A stretch of DNA of 64,000 nt from Ylistrum balloti (GCF_031769215.1 NW_026782047.1:1364001-1428000); one strand, 5' to 3'; counted from the stretch's first letter, positions 1 to 13,677 are shown. Notes: a model not told the origin generated them from the sequence alone. Made by a program: numbers and translations.

Positions 1-1767
1 GAAGACGATTATCAATCAAATACATGTCATTAATAAAACTAATGAGGCAATCAATCACATAATATTTAAAAGACACTACAATTTACATATTGTATGACTT
101 ACAATGTTAGCAGTCATAAGTGCTTATCATTGATCATTAACATAGTTGTTGTCGAACTAGCATCCAGTGGTTCAGTGTCAGAAGATCTGTTGGTGAATTT
201 AACATATGAAACGTTGCTACCTGCCCATCATTGTCATTTTTTTCTTTGACTACGGAAGTTTGGTTCCTTGATAAGAACACTCCCCATCCCCAGGGAAAAA
301 AGAAAAATGTACCCACAAGTATTCACATGAATGAAATAAGACTGAACTTTTTTTCATATAAAAATATAATTGTTTTAAATCATAAAAGTAAACCAAACTA
401 CTAATGAAAATCTATTTAATTTTCTCTAGGAAAAGGATTAAATTTGACCTATGTGACAGTTCATTTCTAAGTGTATAGAGTATATCACCAAATGTATAGA
501 ATGTATCACAGATAAACGAGAAACAGGTAGTAAAATGTATACATCAAGATGATGGACGTATTCAGTTAAAAGGATACAACACCTTAAACAGCATAAATAC
601 ACCTTTTTATGATGACAACACAAGAAAATTCTCAAGCGGCTGAATTTTTATATAAATAAAAAAACAAAAACAAGAAAATATGTTTTCTGTGTCTAGAATG
701 GAACAACACTCCTTGTGCATGGAATTGTGTGATTAACTCACCAGGTGAAAAAAAAACTGTAGGCAAGAATCCACAACAGATTAACAATATTTATCCAGTG
801 ATAGACATAACTAACAATACATTTTACATGTAAAAGTAGGCTTAAAATTATGTGAAGATAAAGCATGCCTTAAATCATCCCCCAAACAAATTGCCAAAAA
901 TACTTGTTCCAAAGATTGTTTACCTGTAGTTTACTACTGAAATTTATTACTGATTTGATGGTTTACAATTGCATGTACAAAATTATGTATAATAGAATAT
1001 TAGAGAATACATGTATATATAATATTAAAATATAAAGTGAGGCACATCATAATTCGTATGTAGAGATATGTTTTTTTAATAAAGAGTAAATTTGATTAGA
1101 TTATAATGGAGAACAGACACTTATCACCAACCCAATAGATCATAAAACTGACCAATTACTGTATCTACAAATAGTATGTATATGCATATTGTATACAAAA
1201 AGTTAATTCTTTTTTTCATTTGATAAATTTTGTAGTAAGTGGTGTAGTTGACTATCTAGGCACTATAGAAATTCTTTTCAAAATGAATGTAGCTGTTCAA
1301 TTATTTGATTTGTTCAATGCTAGTACAGTGTCATCAATTATATGGAAACTAAGGTGAGGTTTGCTAAATATCATCCATGGCTAGATTACGAAAGCAAATC
1401 ACTGATCAGATCTTTGTGGAACAATGTAAACACAATGTAACATTTTGAACTAAAAACTAAAACAATATCTAAAACTCAAACCTGCATGTCCATCACAAGA
1501 TCTGTCAATAGGACCATCAACCAGCATTAAACAATTGTACAATATCAACAGTCACTTCTCAACCAAATTTAACAAAAATAATGCTATAAAAAAATGAATT
1601 CGTGTTTACGAAATGCTCAAAGACAACAGTTGTTTCCTATCTAAATTGCAGCATTTTGGAAAGTGACATCAAAAGTTCTTGTATGAAAGGTCACCTTGAC
1701 CTTGTGTGGAAGGCCCCACTATGACCATATGCTGAAAGTCACCTTTACTTTTCACTGGAAGGTATAA

Positions 1768-4700
1768 TCACTTCCTTGGGACTCCTGCTTGTTGTGGGTA
1801 AGGAGAAGACTGTAATGAAATTGACACCACATACAATATTTAGATGACATGATATACAGACAAGAAGAATGTACTGTAACCCAAGATATAGAGTGTGTTT
1901 ACTATCCAATACAACAGTTCTGTAGAGAGCCACTTTCATTTTGACACTGTCTTATCTATTCCCCCAAGGCTCATCAAACCTTAATTCATGCTGTTACATT
2001 TTTTCTTTTATATTTATTATTTGTATAATTCTGTTAGAATATTCATACGAAACATTCTCTGACATATTGATTCTAAGTGATCATAAAAGCAGTAATTTGA
2101 TATGGTAAAGTTATACCAAAATATGACATGACAACGATGACCTTGACACTTACGAGGAGTCGGATTCCAAACTGTGCATGATCCCCACTCCCAGTAGCAA
2201 GAGCAGACTTCAGTTGTCCAGAGGGCAACACCCCCACATACTGGCCATTTGTGCTCACTGACATTAAGGTGACAAATTGTTTAGCTGCTACAGAAACCTG
2301 AAATAGTGTCTCCACACCATGCTGGGATCCTGGTGGCTACAAATTAAAAAGTATTTATATAATATATTAGTGTCTCCATACCATACTGGGATCCTGGTGG
2401 CTACAAATTAAAAAGTATTTATATAATATATTAGTGTCTCCATACCATGCTGGGATCCTGGTGGCTACAAATTAAAAAGTATTTATATATCATATTAGTG
2501 TCTCCATACCATACTGGGATCCTGGTGGCTACAAATTAACAGTACTGTATTATATGTTATATCAGTGTCTCCAAAACAAACAGTACTGTATTATATTATA
2601 TATCAGTATCTCCACACTAGGCTTATGAAAGGTATTGATTATATCAAATTAGACAGTAAACAGTTCTTATGGTAAGAAGTGATCAGATCATAAAATCATA
2701 TAAATATTGGAGAATCATAAATTGATTGTTGTTTGTATATAACAAGGTTTTTGTAAACCATTTAAAGTTAACAAAATATATAGGGATATTACAAAGCATA
2801 AGGCTTCCTTCACAAGGGAGTTTATTGTTGGGCTACTTACCATGTTCATGACCATGGTGTTACCCCTGATGATTGCCAGGTAATTGTAGTTGTTGTGAAG
2901 ACGAACTTGGTTTTTCCCCTCGTTTACCACAGTCCAGACAGCTGAAAAAAAATTAAATGTTACTCTAATGTATCTTTTACCATCAAACCATGGTAAAACA
3001 ACCACAACAGCTTCCCAGTTTGAGTTGTTCAATTTATTATTCATTTCAACATATTTCGCTCTATTTGAGCTTCACCAGGACCTAGGGCGAACTATGTTGA
3101 AAAATAAAACTGAGGAACTCAAACTCAGAAGCTATAATTGTGGTTGTTATAGCCTGATCACTACAACACATTTGCCTAGCATACATTTGGGTATCCAGTA
3201 TGGGACACCTGGACCTGCCCTAAGATAAAACCATGGCATTGGCTTTATCCCTTATACCTTTTAACCATCAAATGTATCTCCCACAAATCTTGTTGGTAAA
3301 ATCAGCTTACTTACATCTCTCTGATTAAACATGACAATAATGTTAGTCTTATATCATTAACCATCATTAAACACTGACATCTAGAATATATATTTGCCTT
3401 AATGGAACTTGCCATGGTTTTCATTTCCACCTTTTCTGGACCACTTCTGATTTTACTCTCTCTAATACAGGGAGAGGGGTGTAAATACTCACCATTGTTC
3501 ACCTGTGGCCCCTCAGGACCAGCCCCGTCCACAACCAGTTCCCCAGTAGGTGCCATTACAATTTGTAGGGAGTGGCCGCTTGCTCGAGATATGAGCTGAA
3601 TGACATTGTTTGTCGTGAAATTACCCTGAAACATCAAAATAACAATAACCAAGCTAAGTAAAGGGTTGCTTACTAGTATTCAGTTCTTTCAGCAATCTAT
3701 AAATCGGCAATCAAAGAAAATTGGTTCAATAAAAGATACAAAGTAAGCTGTTTTTACTTCAAAACACTTACATATTTTAACCTCTTAAAATCTCACACAT
3801 TTGTTTATCTTTGTAAATGAAACAATCTAAACCTGTCTTCAATCCTTGATGTAAATTTCAAGTGAATACTTAAAAGTTAATGTAAATATCTACATAGTAG
3901 GTAGCAATTATGTGACATAGCTGTTAAATGTATAACTACCGCCTGTCTAAAGATATCATGTGACCTATCTATTTACATCTGTTTAAAGAGACAATGTGAC
4001 CTAAATGTGTACACCTCTCTAGTCAGGCTATCTGACCTGTGTACACCTCTCTAGTCTGGCTATCTGACCTATCTATTTACACCTGTATGAAATGACCATG
4101 TGACCTAAATGTTTACACCTCTCTAGTCAGGCTATCTGACCTATCTATCTACACCTGTATAAAATGACCATGTGACCTAAATGTGTACACCTCTCTAGTC
4201 AGGCTATGTGACCTATCTATTTACACCTGTACAAAATGACCATGTGACCTAAATGTTTACACCTGTCTAGTCAGTCTATGTGACCTATCTGTTTACCCCT
4301 GTATAAAGAAACCATGTGATCTAGCTTTTTAAACCTGTATATAGAGATCACATGAACTAGCTGTTTACACTTTGTGAAGTTGTTGTTTCTAAATGTCTAG
4401 AAAAACCAAGTTATCAAGTTTTTTTTTTCCCTGTCCAGAGAGACCATATGACCAGAGTTTTATTGTCTTGAGAGACCATGTGGCTTAACTGGTAATATGT
4501 AAGCTATTCAGTGTTTACCAGTATTGGATTGGCAGAATTCTGGTCGATATGGCCTACTGCTTTGTTTGCAACCCAGTTTAGCTCACGTTCTGTCATCCTT
4601 CCCATGGCATCCACCTCCTTTGACAGGAATCCAAGAATACCATGCTGCAAAATCAATCATATAAAATCATGATAATTGTTAAGATAATGAAAATACTTTT

Positions 4701-6312
4701 GGAAGTTAAAACTTACTTCTCTCATCGAAAGAATTAAATCTTATAACATTTTTACCTGTTTGCAAAAGCTAAGCCTTGTGCAACAAACAAGACACGATGT
4801 TATATGTCAAAACTCTGACACTGTATACTTTTGATATATCTGTACCCTTCAGTTTCTTCAACAAAATAATTTGACCAGGTAACAGAAAATCTGGCAATAC
4901 ATTTTCAGTGACAAAATAAGAATTGCTAATTTCACATGAAATGATAACTTGGGGTAATGTCAATACATACTGCATACCGTATGTCAGCACAGCCATATGG
5001 AGTCTGGGGTCATTTCACTAAAATAACACATTTGTATGGAGTCAGGGGTCATCGCAATAGAGTAGCACCTCCATATGGAGTCTTTGGTCATTTCACTACA
5101 GTAGCACCTCCATATAGTGTCTGGGGTGTCAATAAAGTAACACCATTATGGAGATAAGGGTCATTTCAATACAGTGATGCTATTACGGAGTCAAGTGTCA
5201 TGTCCATAGAGTGACACCATCTGGAGTCAGGGGTCATGTTAATATAGTGACACCATCTGGAGTCAAGGGTCATGTTAATATAGTGACACCATCTTGAGTC
5301 TGGGGTCATGTTAATATAGTGACACCATCTGGAGTCAAGGGTCATGTTAATATAGTAACACCCTCTGGAGTCAAGGGTCATGTTAATATAGTGACACCCT
5401 CTGGAGTCAAGGGTTATGTTAATATAGTGACACCATCTAGAGTCAGGGGTCATGTTAATATAGTGACACCATCTGGAGTCAAGGGTCATGTTAATATAGT
5501 GACACCATCTGGAGCCAGGGGTCATGTTAATACATTGACACCATCTGGAGTCAAGGGTCATGTTAATATAGTGACACCATCTGGAGTCAAGGGTCATGTT
5601 AATATAGTGACACCCTCTGGAGTCAGGGGTCATGTTAATATAGTGACACCGTCAGACCAAGCAGTCATTGGTTATGCCATTACAGTTACACCATGTGTGT
5701 GTATTTCCATCATGAAGATTAGATGATCGAAAGTTGGAAGACTGTCAACTTACTGAGTTCTTAGGGGGTGGAGCAACTACTCGCTGCTGCTGGACTACAA
5801 CAGTTGGCTGTTGATAAAAAGATTGGCATTTATCATATAGTAATGAGATCATAATTGAACTTTAGACACAAACAGGCCAATGATTATCAGGATATTTATT
5901 CTTCTAAATACAATTATATTTAAGCAAATAAAAAGATCAGGCCTTTACACACAAATAAAAAGTTTGGTAAAATGTTCATTCAAAACCTATGAAATAAGAT
6001 AAGATATTTGTATTGTTAATTTTTATTATCACTTAACAATCCTGTAGTGGTCGATATATGTACACTCTCTCAAGTTTTTCTTAAAATCTCAAACCTTCTG
6101 AGAGACATGCTAAATCTCCTTGTTACCTTAGATTTGGGCTCTAGGACAGAAACTTCATACTGAAAAAAACTTACCCCAGCAGTTGGGTATGTTGCCTGTG
6201 GCTGGGCACTATAGGGAGGTGGCACTGGTCCACCAGGATAGTAATTAGGTCCTGGGGGTTGTTGATAAGATTGAGGCATGTTTCCGCCAGGGTAGCCACC
6301 TTTACCTGCCAT
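1768..6312 (-). CDS. Uncharacterised 258-aa protein: Pro/Gly/Tyr/Gln-rich N-terminus with PPPY motif plus C-terminal beta-trefoil-like (fascin/FGF-type fold) domain; 7 coding exons
   Basis: Coding exons (minus strand): 6312-6175, 5807-5754, 4644-4519, 3625-3493, 2941-2841, 2336-2154, 1809-1768. All have GT-AG junctions with matching phases; total 777 nt, ending TGA. Protein: MAGKGGYPGG...PPPYSAQP...PTVVVQQQ...HGILGFLSKEVDAMGR...GNFTTNNVIQLISRASGHSLQI...QVRLHNNYNYLAII...FVTLMSVSTNGQYVGVLPSG...AQFGIRLLSSPYPQQAGVPRK*. The fold call is inferred from three ~45-aa repeats. Confidence 0.85.
2304..2538. repeat. 64-bp tandem repeat, 4 copies, spanning a splice acceptor
   Basis: Unit tagtgtctccataccatgctgggatcctggtggctacaaattaaaaagtatttatataatatat starts at 2304, 2368, 2432 and 2496. 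Confidence 0.95.
3910..4360. repeat. Intronic minisatellite, 72-bp period built from two ~36-bp subunits
   Basis: tgacctatct recurs at 4065, 4137, 4209 and 4281, alternating with tgacctaaatgt subunits; edges degenerate. Confidence 0.85.
5040..5650. repeat. 36-bp intronic minisatellite, ~13 well-conserved copies plus degenerate edge copies
   Basis: Unit gtgacaccatctggagtcaagggtcatgttaatata; source of the repetitive ORFs 5166-5633 and 5319-5726. Confidence 0.95.
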
Positions 6313-6329
6313 TTTGATTTATTCTTGAG

Positions 6330-7192
6330 CTGAAATATACAATGAGTAAGTTGTTATAGCTGAATCCATTATTTCAGGGTCTTTGTAGTCCATGGACCTA
6401 TAATATCGGTATTATACGTTCCTGCTCTGGTCCGAATGGTTCTGATTACATATGAAAAGTTATGCTTTTTCCTGCCAAAGATCACATTTTGTGCGAGACC
6501 ACAAAAGCCATTAAAATAAGTTAATTGTCCTGCTTAGTATATACGGTACAAAAACGAAACTATAGACAAAGTGAACTGTCATCCAATATCATCAGCTTAT
6601 GAGCGTTTTATGTACATTACGCACCTGACGCTGATAATCTTTCAACAATTTAATGTCATTGTGTTTTAACCTGTTCGCACGGTAACCTGCTGTGTCACTT
6701 TAATTATATCAAATGAAATTAACACGAAGTAATAAATTTAAACCTATCACTTTCATTTTGTACACTTCGTTGGATTGCCCGATATCTAAAAATATCAGTC
6801 ATCACTCATCAAGTATTTCACATCACCAACTGACATCGTTGTACATACTATTGTAGAGTCGAAGTTGTGTACTTATTATTAATTCATGATCATCAAAACA
6901 TTCCTTTTTCTCGATAACATAAGATGTTAACATACCTGTGTGATCTTACTGGAACTTTGATACTCCACCTGAAACTGAAGAATCGTCACTTATTAGCCAA
7001 TCTACCAGATGACTCTTAGTCACAAGGCAAATAACAAACAGCTTTTCCGCATTCGCAAGAGCCTCGGGTTTTATTATTAACATACTGTATATTGTCCGAT
7101 AAGTTCCGAACAGAAAATCTTTGTCTTTTGTATGCTTTAATCTTTTCTCAGAACTCAAACGCACAGGTGACTGCTAGTGTAGGTCTTCCGTA
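6330..7192. promoter_or_regulatory. Putative bidirectional promoter / 5'-UTR region shared by the beta-trefoil gene and OAF
   Basis: The two start codons diverge about 880 bp apart. The acceptor at 6330 requires an upstream non-coding exon, and a candidate donor (cacag/gtatgt) lies at 6936. TSS positions are inferred. Confidence 0.5.
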
Positions 7193-9991
7193 ATGGATTC
7201 TTTGGTCAAATTGGGTTTGTTGATATCAGTTTTGTTTTTCCTTCAGCAAACTAGTTCCCAGTTAGTTGTCAACGTGAAAAATCGCGGAGGAGATGTTGTG
7301 ATTGAAACTATACAGGCTAACACGTCTAATGACGTAGTGCAACTCCAGTTCCAGAACACAGACGGAACGATTGTGCACCAACTAATTGACTACAAATCTG
7401 TAAGTGACGTGATGAAAATTGTCCATTCATGTGATCTAAAAACTTCTACCGCGTTATGGATTTACCTCGTCCCAACTCTCGTTTATTTTCCATCATAACT
7501 GGAAGACATTTCGCACCAGGTTGAAGTCCTGCATTGGAGGAATAGTTACAGTTTCCGTATTCAATTATTCGAATTCAGGGTCATTCGAAATAGAAACACA
7601 TCAAATTCCGTTCAACATTTGCAACAAAAATGGCATCATATTGTTCATATGACCCAATAACCACGTTAAAAAGATGACACTCCATTTTGTACCAATTACT
7701 TAAACAAACTTTGTGTTACTATTTCAAAATGACCCTGTATTTGTTATTATAACTGACTACTCAAAATGCTAACTCTCCCTCAAATGCATTACTATTACCC
7801 ATATGAAGGGTAATGCCCAACCTGATGAAATAGTCAAAATCATCTATCAGATAAGAAATAAGCTAATTTATTATATATTCGTGCAATTTTAGTGTTATGA
7901 AAACTATATTTCACATGGAACATGTCCATTTTCTGTATTCAGACATTTGCTTAGACATCACATTATTGTCACATAGATATACAATTTAATTAAGGACATG
8001 TGCTATATATATGTTCACCATACACATTCATGGGTCTAGTTTATCATACTTGACAGATCTAGATGCATTATATATATGTATATATGTACAGGTTGGGCAC
8101 TCTGAACTCTTTATGACTAATGATCCCACTATGTAATTTCTGTACTCTGTAGTTAGGGAAGAACAAATTAAAATTGGTGATATGAATTGTTATATATTTT
8201 AGTATATGGTTACATAAATTTGTTTTTATACAATACAGTGTCGCTTTGGCTATCAATAATGTTTAAAGATGATGCACTTTTAGGGTGTTCAGTGGTCAAT
8301 TTATTATCGTGAGACCTCTTCAATTTTATTTCTAAAAAAAGATGGGTTTGATGATGTAAAATTTAAATATTCCCAGAAATTCTTCAAGTGGCATCATGTA
8401 CATGACTCCTAGCTCCCTTGTAGGTTGATTATGCATGTAAAATAACTATGTGTTTCTATACTTGTATTCCAAATTACACAACTTTTTATTAATTAATTAC
8501 TCAAAGCTCTAACTTTTACTCAAATGCATTATTCATTAACGGGAATGTGTCTGACCTGATCATATACAATACATTATATAATTGAAGTTCACAATTTTTT
8601 TTCTAACTATTCTGTTTATGTTTTCATAGGTGCTTGCTGTTTTAAGCTCTTGTGAATTGTTATGATGTATATATGTTACAATTATAGGAGGCCCAAATTT
8701 TCAGAGCTCATGTTCTGTGGGAAGAAGAGCAGGGATTTTCCCAGTACAAACCACAAGTGTTATGTTTTGTTACTCGCTTCAACAAAAATGAGTTTATATC
8801 AGCGGATGCTATGTCAAAATTAAGACAGGTATGTAAACTCTGACAGAGTTAAGTTTTAATGTGTTCAAATCCATAACTTACTCCATTAGAGAATTCACAA
8901 TTGCATATGATTAAATGAACAATTGTTAAAATATTCTTAATATTTACAATAGATGTATATGATGTGCCATTGATATAAGATTTTATGAAGAGATCTTGGT
9001 TGTAGAAAAATCCAACAGCTATTCGTCAGCCAGAGGAGGAACGCCCCCCAGAGTTACACACAATGGACACTCAGGTTTACTTAGACCGTGGAGGACTTAT
9101 CTCCCCTCATCTTACAGCTACCTGTAGTGATACAGTTGATTCCATTTATACTAAGGAAAGTGACATCAGATTGTGGGCCAGAGGTACATCTTCATCTTGT
9201 ATTACTCTTCAAATTTTACACTGACATATTTTTCATGTACTGCGATACATATCATAATGTGTCTGTTGCATCAACTCTTTTATTGTCTGTCATGTGACCT
9301 GTGTTATACACCCTCATGATTAGAATATAATCAATATTTCATTAACAAAAGAAAAAAATAGTCAAATTTTGGGTTCAGTTATTCCTGTCATACTTAAAAT
9401 CAATTTCAAGCATTGCTAAAATAAAAGCTCTTTCTCCTACTTGAAAAGTGTTATTTTCCCAAAGTTACAAAAAAAAACCATAGCAGAATATTTCCCTATT
9501 TTCTGCAAAAATATAACTTTACACAGGCAGCTCTATTGAATTTAGGAAGAGAAAAGCACTGATCAGTAGAAGAAGAGCCTAAGGACTTTCTCCAAAGCTT
9601 TTGTGATTTTTTTTCCACAGGCTTGCTTTAGATGAAACAACACATGTATTGTTTCATCAACTCCGAGAGAGATGTAGCTTATGTTGTTTAACTGTGTGTA
9701 TTTGTACTGTTTACCACAGCTCCAGGGAGAGATGGTCTTATGAGCACTGTACAGCGACTTTACCCAACTAAATACCAACACTGTCACCAAGTGGAGGATG
9801 CCACAAAGCCGTGTTTATGTACATATAGTCTTACTGTGGGTTGGTACCCATGTGGCCTTAAGTACTGTCGTGGCAAGGATTCCACTGGCAAGTATGTCAG
9901 TTACCGCTGTGGCATCAAAACCTGTAAACGACATCTCTCCTTTGACTATGTATCCAAACAGAAAATGTATTGTATGTGGGATGAGACCTGA
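7193..9991 (+). CDS. OAF: Out at first protein homolog (secreted), 265 aa, 4 coding exons
   Basis: Exons 7193-7399, 8688-8828, 9006-9183, 9720-9991 with GT-AG junctions and consistent phases. Signal-peptide-like N-terminus; motifs QLVVNVKNRGGDV, LCFVTRF, MSKLRQKNPTAIRQPEE and the Cys-rich end PCLCTYSLTVGWYPCGLKYC...YRCGIKTC...CMWDE match the OAF family as I recall it. Confidence 0.93.
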
Positions 9992-11617
9992 TGGATGCAT
10001 GTATCATTAAGATAGTGGTTAAAATATGTTTAATGTGAAATGAACACACTGGCCTTGCTCGGGTGCATAGTTTCTGATACACATACAAATAAGTCAACAA
10101 TACTCAGTGTATTGTATTCATGATTGGCTCTAGTAAAATGTGGATGTATACAGCATGAATGTTTGAGCTTTGTGAAGTAATTTTGTGAAAAGAGCTATTG
10201 GTATTGAATAAGCCGTAGTCTCGCATTACATAATTTTCTTTTGAGAGTTAATTTACAGAGACTGAAAGGATCAAGCTTGCACCATTTTGCTGTAATTTCA
10301 AACGTTCCTGTGCTAAATCTTAAGCTGTACATCCAAAGTTACAACAGTGATGGACATAGGTTTCTGAGGTACAGCTGGGTGAGAAATGCTATACGCTTGT
10401 CTTGAAGCTACCAGTTGGAGTCGGAAAACAAAATATCAGATGTCTCATATGTAAATGTGTACCAGAGCTCACATGTTGAAACTTCAGGCACATTAGAACC
10501 CAATTGTGTAACAATATATTGGAAGTCTGGCATATCAAAACTTGCATGGTACCTGGTAAATGTTCGTCTTCAGAAGTTGTATGTGTAACAAAGTATTAGA
10601 ACTTTCATGTGTAATGTTGTGTGAAAAGTTGAATATGTAAAAGAATATTCGCAAGTGTGCCGGTATATCAGAACTAATGTAAAGGTATACAAGAGTCTAC
10701 ATGTGTAACTAAATGAGAGTGTAAGGGTGTGCAAGAGCAGTGGTGTATCATAGCCTGCACATGTAAGAATGTGGCAGAACACCAACAGCAAAGGTCTTTC
10801 ACAGCTTTGTATTAAAACTTTAGTGTGTAACATTGTATCACAGCTTTTAGATGTTAAGTGAATTGGACAGGTGTATACAAATACCTGGTAGATGTAATAC
10901 TATTCAAAGTACTTTCTGTTGTATTGTACTGTTTGAAGATCTTAAGAATCCATGTTTTTGTGTTTGCAATGTCGGCAACCTCTTGTCCAACAATATGTGG
11001 TCATGACCTTCCAAATCTTCAGTAACAAGGTGTTTTAAAGGATATTTAGATAGAAAGACTTTATAATCAGTTTTTATTGTACAGTTACCACATCTATATG
11101 TATTTAGATGATGTTCTATGTTATATTTAAACATTTGTTTGACTATGTTATATCAAAAGAAAAAAAATTTTGGAAACTTTTTAAACACTGATCAAAAGTA
11201 AAGACATGTTGGGTAATTCTAGTATTTTTCTTGATTTGAGCAGGTCATGATATGACCAATATCAGATGAAATCATGTGAGTTGTTGACATTATTTTAGAC
11301 AATATGTTTTACATTGTTGCTAGTGTCAGATGAATGTTTAACAAATAAATATGTATGATCAATTATGAAATTTTATACCAGTATTTACATGTTATACAAA
11401 GAACTATGATAATCTTATATTTGTAATATTATTGGTCAGAAGACTTTCAAAGTCTCGAACACCAGAATGTGCTTACATTGTTGTTTTAATGTTTTATTTT
11501 TGTTGCAGTATATAGTTAAGATATGCCAATATCAGCATGAATTAAAAAGATTTACAAAAAAAGGATTTTTTTGTAATTTCTTCATCAGTCAATTTCATAT
11601 TACAGACATTAAATTTC

Positions 11618-11745
11618 ATATCTGTAAACGCTCACCAGTACTTATGTTTTACAAGTATGACAAGTACTGTGTAACACTATATCTGTAAATACTCACCAGT
11701 ACTTTTGTTTTACAAGTATGACAAGTACTGTTTGACACCATATTT
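11618..11745. repeat. 61-bp tandem duplication
   Basis: atatctgtaaa...ctcaccagtactt.tgttttacaagtatgacaagtactgt at 11618 and 11679. Confidence 0.85.
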
Positions 11746-12269
11746 GCTGCTTATGCTTTCTCACCTATTCATCTTGATGATCCATGTAATGGTTTGCTTG
11801 CTTGGAGGTGGAGTTTCGTGTTAACGAACATTTCAGAGGTGATCAGTCGGAGGCCGTCCTGAGTAATTACAGTGAAGTTGTTCAAGGACACCACAAAGCC
11901 TTCACAGACCTGTGTTTCTTGACTTCCATTTAAATGGCAAAATACTATTACATTGACTCCGAAATACTACTTTCGAATTCAGTTTTTATGGTTGGTACCA
12001 GTGACTTTAAAATTCTTTTTTTTTGCAATTGGATAGGAATTGTTGGGAACTGCACTGACAATACTTACTTGTATTGATCAAGACTTAAAACGTAAGTGAA
12101 GCAGAAAACCTGGACACTTTTTCAGGAGTCTCGGAGTAAATCTTTGTTCACATTTTGCCATAGTTTGAGTTTGAATTGAGATTTTGTTGACATATTTCTA
12201 TTTCATTTGTTGTTTTTTCAGAAAAGCAAACCTTTTGTCTCATTGCAAAGGTTTCATAAGCACATAGGA

Positions 12270-13677
12270 GTATTGTCACTAACATGACTGAGACACCACA
12301 GCTAGACAGACAGTGTTATGGTATGATTTTAATGCTATGTGTATTGTCACTAACATGACTGAGACACCAGACAGACGGTGTTATGGTATGATTTTAATCC
12401 TATGTGTATTGTCACTAACATGACCGAGACACCACAGCTAGACAGACAGTGTTATGGTATGATTTTAATCCTATGTGTATTGTCACTAACATGACTGAGA
12501 CACTACAGCCAGACAGACGGTGTTTTGGTATGATTTTAATCCTATGTGTATTGTCACTAACATGACTGAGACACTACAGCCAGACAGACGGTGTTTTGGT
12601 ATGATTTTAATCCTATGTGTATTGTCACTAACATGACTGAGACACCACAGCCAGACAGACGGTGTTTTGGTATGATTTTAATCCTATGTGTATTGTCACT
12701 AACATGACTGAGACACCAGACAGACGGTGTTATGGTATGATTTTAATGCTATGTGTATTGTAACTAACATGACTGAGACACTACAGCCAGACAGACGGTG
12801 TTATGGTATGATTTTAATCCTATGTGTATTGTCACTAACATGACCGAGACACCATAGCTAGACAGACAGTGTTATGGTATGATTTTAATGCTATGTGTAT
12901 TGTCACTAACATGACTGAGACACTACAGCCAGACAGACGGTGTTTTGGTATGATTTTAATGCTATGTGTATTGTCACTAACATGACTGAGACACCACAGC
13001 CAGACAGACGGTGTTTTGGTATGATTTTAATCCTATGTGTATTGTCACTAACATGACCGAGACACCACAGCTAGACAGACAGTGTTATGGTATGATTTTA
13101 ATGCTATGTGTATTGTCACTAACATGACCGAGACACTACAGCCAGACAGACGGTGTTTTGGTATGATTTTAATCCTATGTGTATTGTCACTAACATGACC
13201 GAGACACTACAGCCAGACAGACGGTGTTTTGGTATGATTTTAATGCTATGTGTATTGTCACTAACATGACTGAGACACCACAGCCAGACAGACAGTGTTT
13301 TGGTATGATTTTAATCCTATGTGTATTGTCACTAACATGACTGAGACACCACAGCCAGACAGACGGTGTTATGGTATGATTTTAATGCTATGTGTATTGT
13401 CACTAACATGACTGAGACACCACAGCCAGACAGACGGTGTTATGGTATGATTTTAATCCTATGTGTATTGTCACTAACATGACTGAGACACCACAGCCAG
13501 ACAGACGGTGTTATGGTATGATTTTAATCCTATGTGTATTGTCACTAACATGACTGAGACACCACAGCCAGACAGACGGTGTTATGGTATGATTTTAATG
13601 CTATGTGTATTGTCACTAACATGACTGAGACACTACAGCCAGACAGACGGTGTTATGGTATGATTTTAATCCTATGT
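12270..13677. repeat. 71-bp satellite array (~20 copies, with 65-bp deletion variants) between the convergent OAF and CCDC47 genes
   Basis: Unit gtattgtcactaacatgactgagacaccacagccagacagacggtgttatggtatgattttaatcctatgt. Confidence 0.97.

Noticed and set aside
5166-5726. Repetitive ORFs on both strands (MTLDSRWCHYIN x n; VTPSGVKGHVNI x n)
   Set aside because: By-products of a 36-bp stop-free minisatellite inside an intron of the beta-trefoil gene; no splice or start context supports translation.
11770-11975. Minus-strand ~66-codon open stretch (…VCEGFVVSLNNFTVITQDGLRL…)
   Set aside because: No start codon, a purine-rich acceptor context and no recognisable motif; could be a TE relic but cannot be supported.
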